Shown: positions 63,438 to 64,000 of the stretch, in pieces
Numbering within the stretch: the stretch's first letter is position 1
Layout of the letters: each line of letters opens with the position of its first letter
NCBI GenBank assembly: GCA_038230375.1
Contig: JBBRNJ010000010.1
Span: forward strand, 32,001-96,000
Length of the DNA stretch: 64,000 bases
Reading direction: 5' to 3'
DNA from: Polyangiales bacterium
Lineage (GTDB): Bacteria > Myxococcota_A > Polyangia > Polyangiales > Polyangiaceae
Notes under the pieces: model-generated
The model's input: only the letters and a program-made list of their open reading frames with translations
Databases searched by the model: none
What the model was told of the DNA's origin: nothing
Position numbers and translations under genes: made by a program

Positions 63438-63922
63438 CCATGCAAACCCAGATCCCCGAAGCCGAACCCACCATCGTGATGACCCGCGTCTATGCTGCGC
63501 CGCGCGCGCTAGTGTGGGAGGCGATGACAAGACCCGAACACATCAAGGAGTGGTGGGGCGGACCTGGCTTCACGAATCCCGTATGCGAGATGGACGTGCG
63601 CGTTGGCGGGCAGTGGAAGCACGTGATGCGGTTCCCGGATGGCCACGAGCTCCGCATGGACTTCGTGTTCATGGAGGTTGCGAAGCCAAGCCGCCTCGTC
63701 TGGCAACATCAGGACCACGGCAAGCGAACGTCCGGGCCGCCGTCCTGCGTGCACACCGTCACGCTGGAGGAGGTCCTTGGCGGCACGCAATGCAGGACGG
63801 AGGCGCGCTTTCTCTCGATGGCGGACCGCGCTGCTGCCCTGGAGATGGGCTTCACCAGACCGATCGCGGCAAGCAACGAGCGCCTCGTTGCGTATCTCGC
63901 GACGATCCCTGTCCCTTCGTGA
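63434..63922 (+). CDS. SRPBCC (AHSA1-like) domain protein
   Basis: RVYAAPRALVWEA, WWGGPGF, DVRVGG.W; ATGA overlap. Confidence 0.92.
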   Translation: MTMQTQIPEAEPTIVMTRVYAAPRALVWEAMTRPEHIKEWWGGPGFTNPVCEMDVRVGGQWKHVMRFPDGHELRMDFVFMEVAKPSRLVWQHQDHGKRTSGPPSCVHTVTLEEVLGGTQCRTEARFLSMADRAAALEMGFTRPIAASNERLVAYLATIPVPS

Positions 63923-64000
63923 GCGCGAAAGTCGTGGTTTTGGTCGTGACATCGCGCTAACCGCAGTGCGCATGGGCGCACAGTGGAAGCAGAAGCACCG

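Overview
High-GC, gene-dense chromosomal segment. Four Hanks kinases, an ECF/anti-sigma module, MYXO-CTERM-like tails and DAG/DGG-rich lipoproteins point to a myxobacterium, probably Polyangiaceae/Labilithrix-like (inference). No rRNA, tRNA, CRISPR array, transposase or phage gene was seen. Contents: (1) an hflX + ABC-F operon with a sigma70 promoter, a 7-codon leader ORF (MFHLSFV) and a long hairpin that covers the hflX SD, i.e. a likely antibiotic-inducible ribosome-protection unit; (2) an ~11 kb sigma54 island with a histidine kinase/NtrC pair, seven -24/-12 promoters and repeated enhancer motifs, driving LEA-like, Pal-like, CLC and two stand-alone receiver genes, with OmpA and cation-antiporter genes in the same block; (3) ECF and kinase lipoprotein operons; (4) a MoaD/ThiS + BNR-propeller pair; (5) an Lgt-family enzyme fused through an internal signal peptide and Pro linker to an outer-membrane barrel, translationally coupled to a Cys-rich lipoprotein with a MYXO-CTERM-like tail, which is the best candidate here for an undescribed system; (6) DDAH, phhA, SAM methyltransferase, NarL-type two-component system, Kelch operon, GST, yaeQ and ArsR-SRPBCC; (7) several gene remnants and many apparently leaderless genes. 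All family calls come from reading motifs by eye; no database search or folding computation was run.
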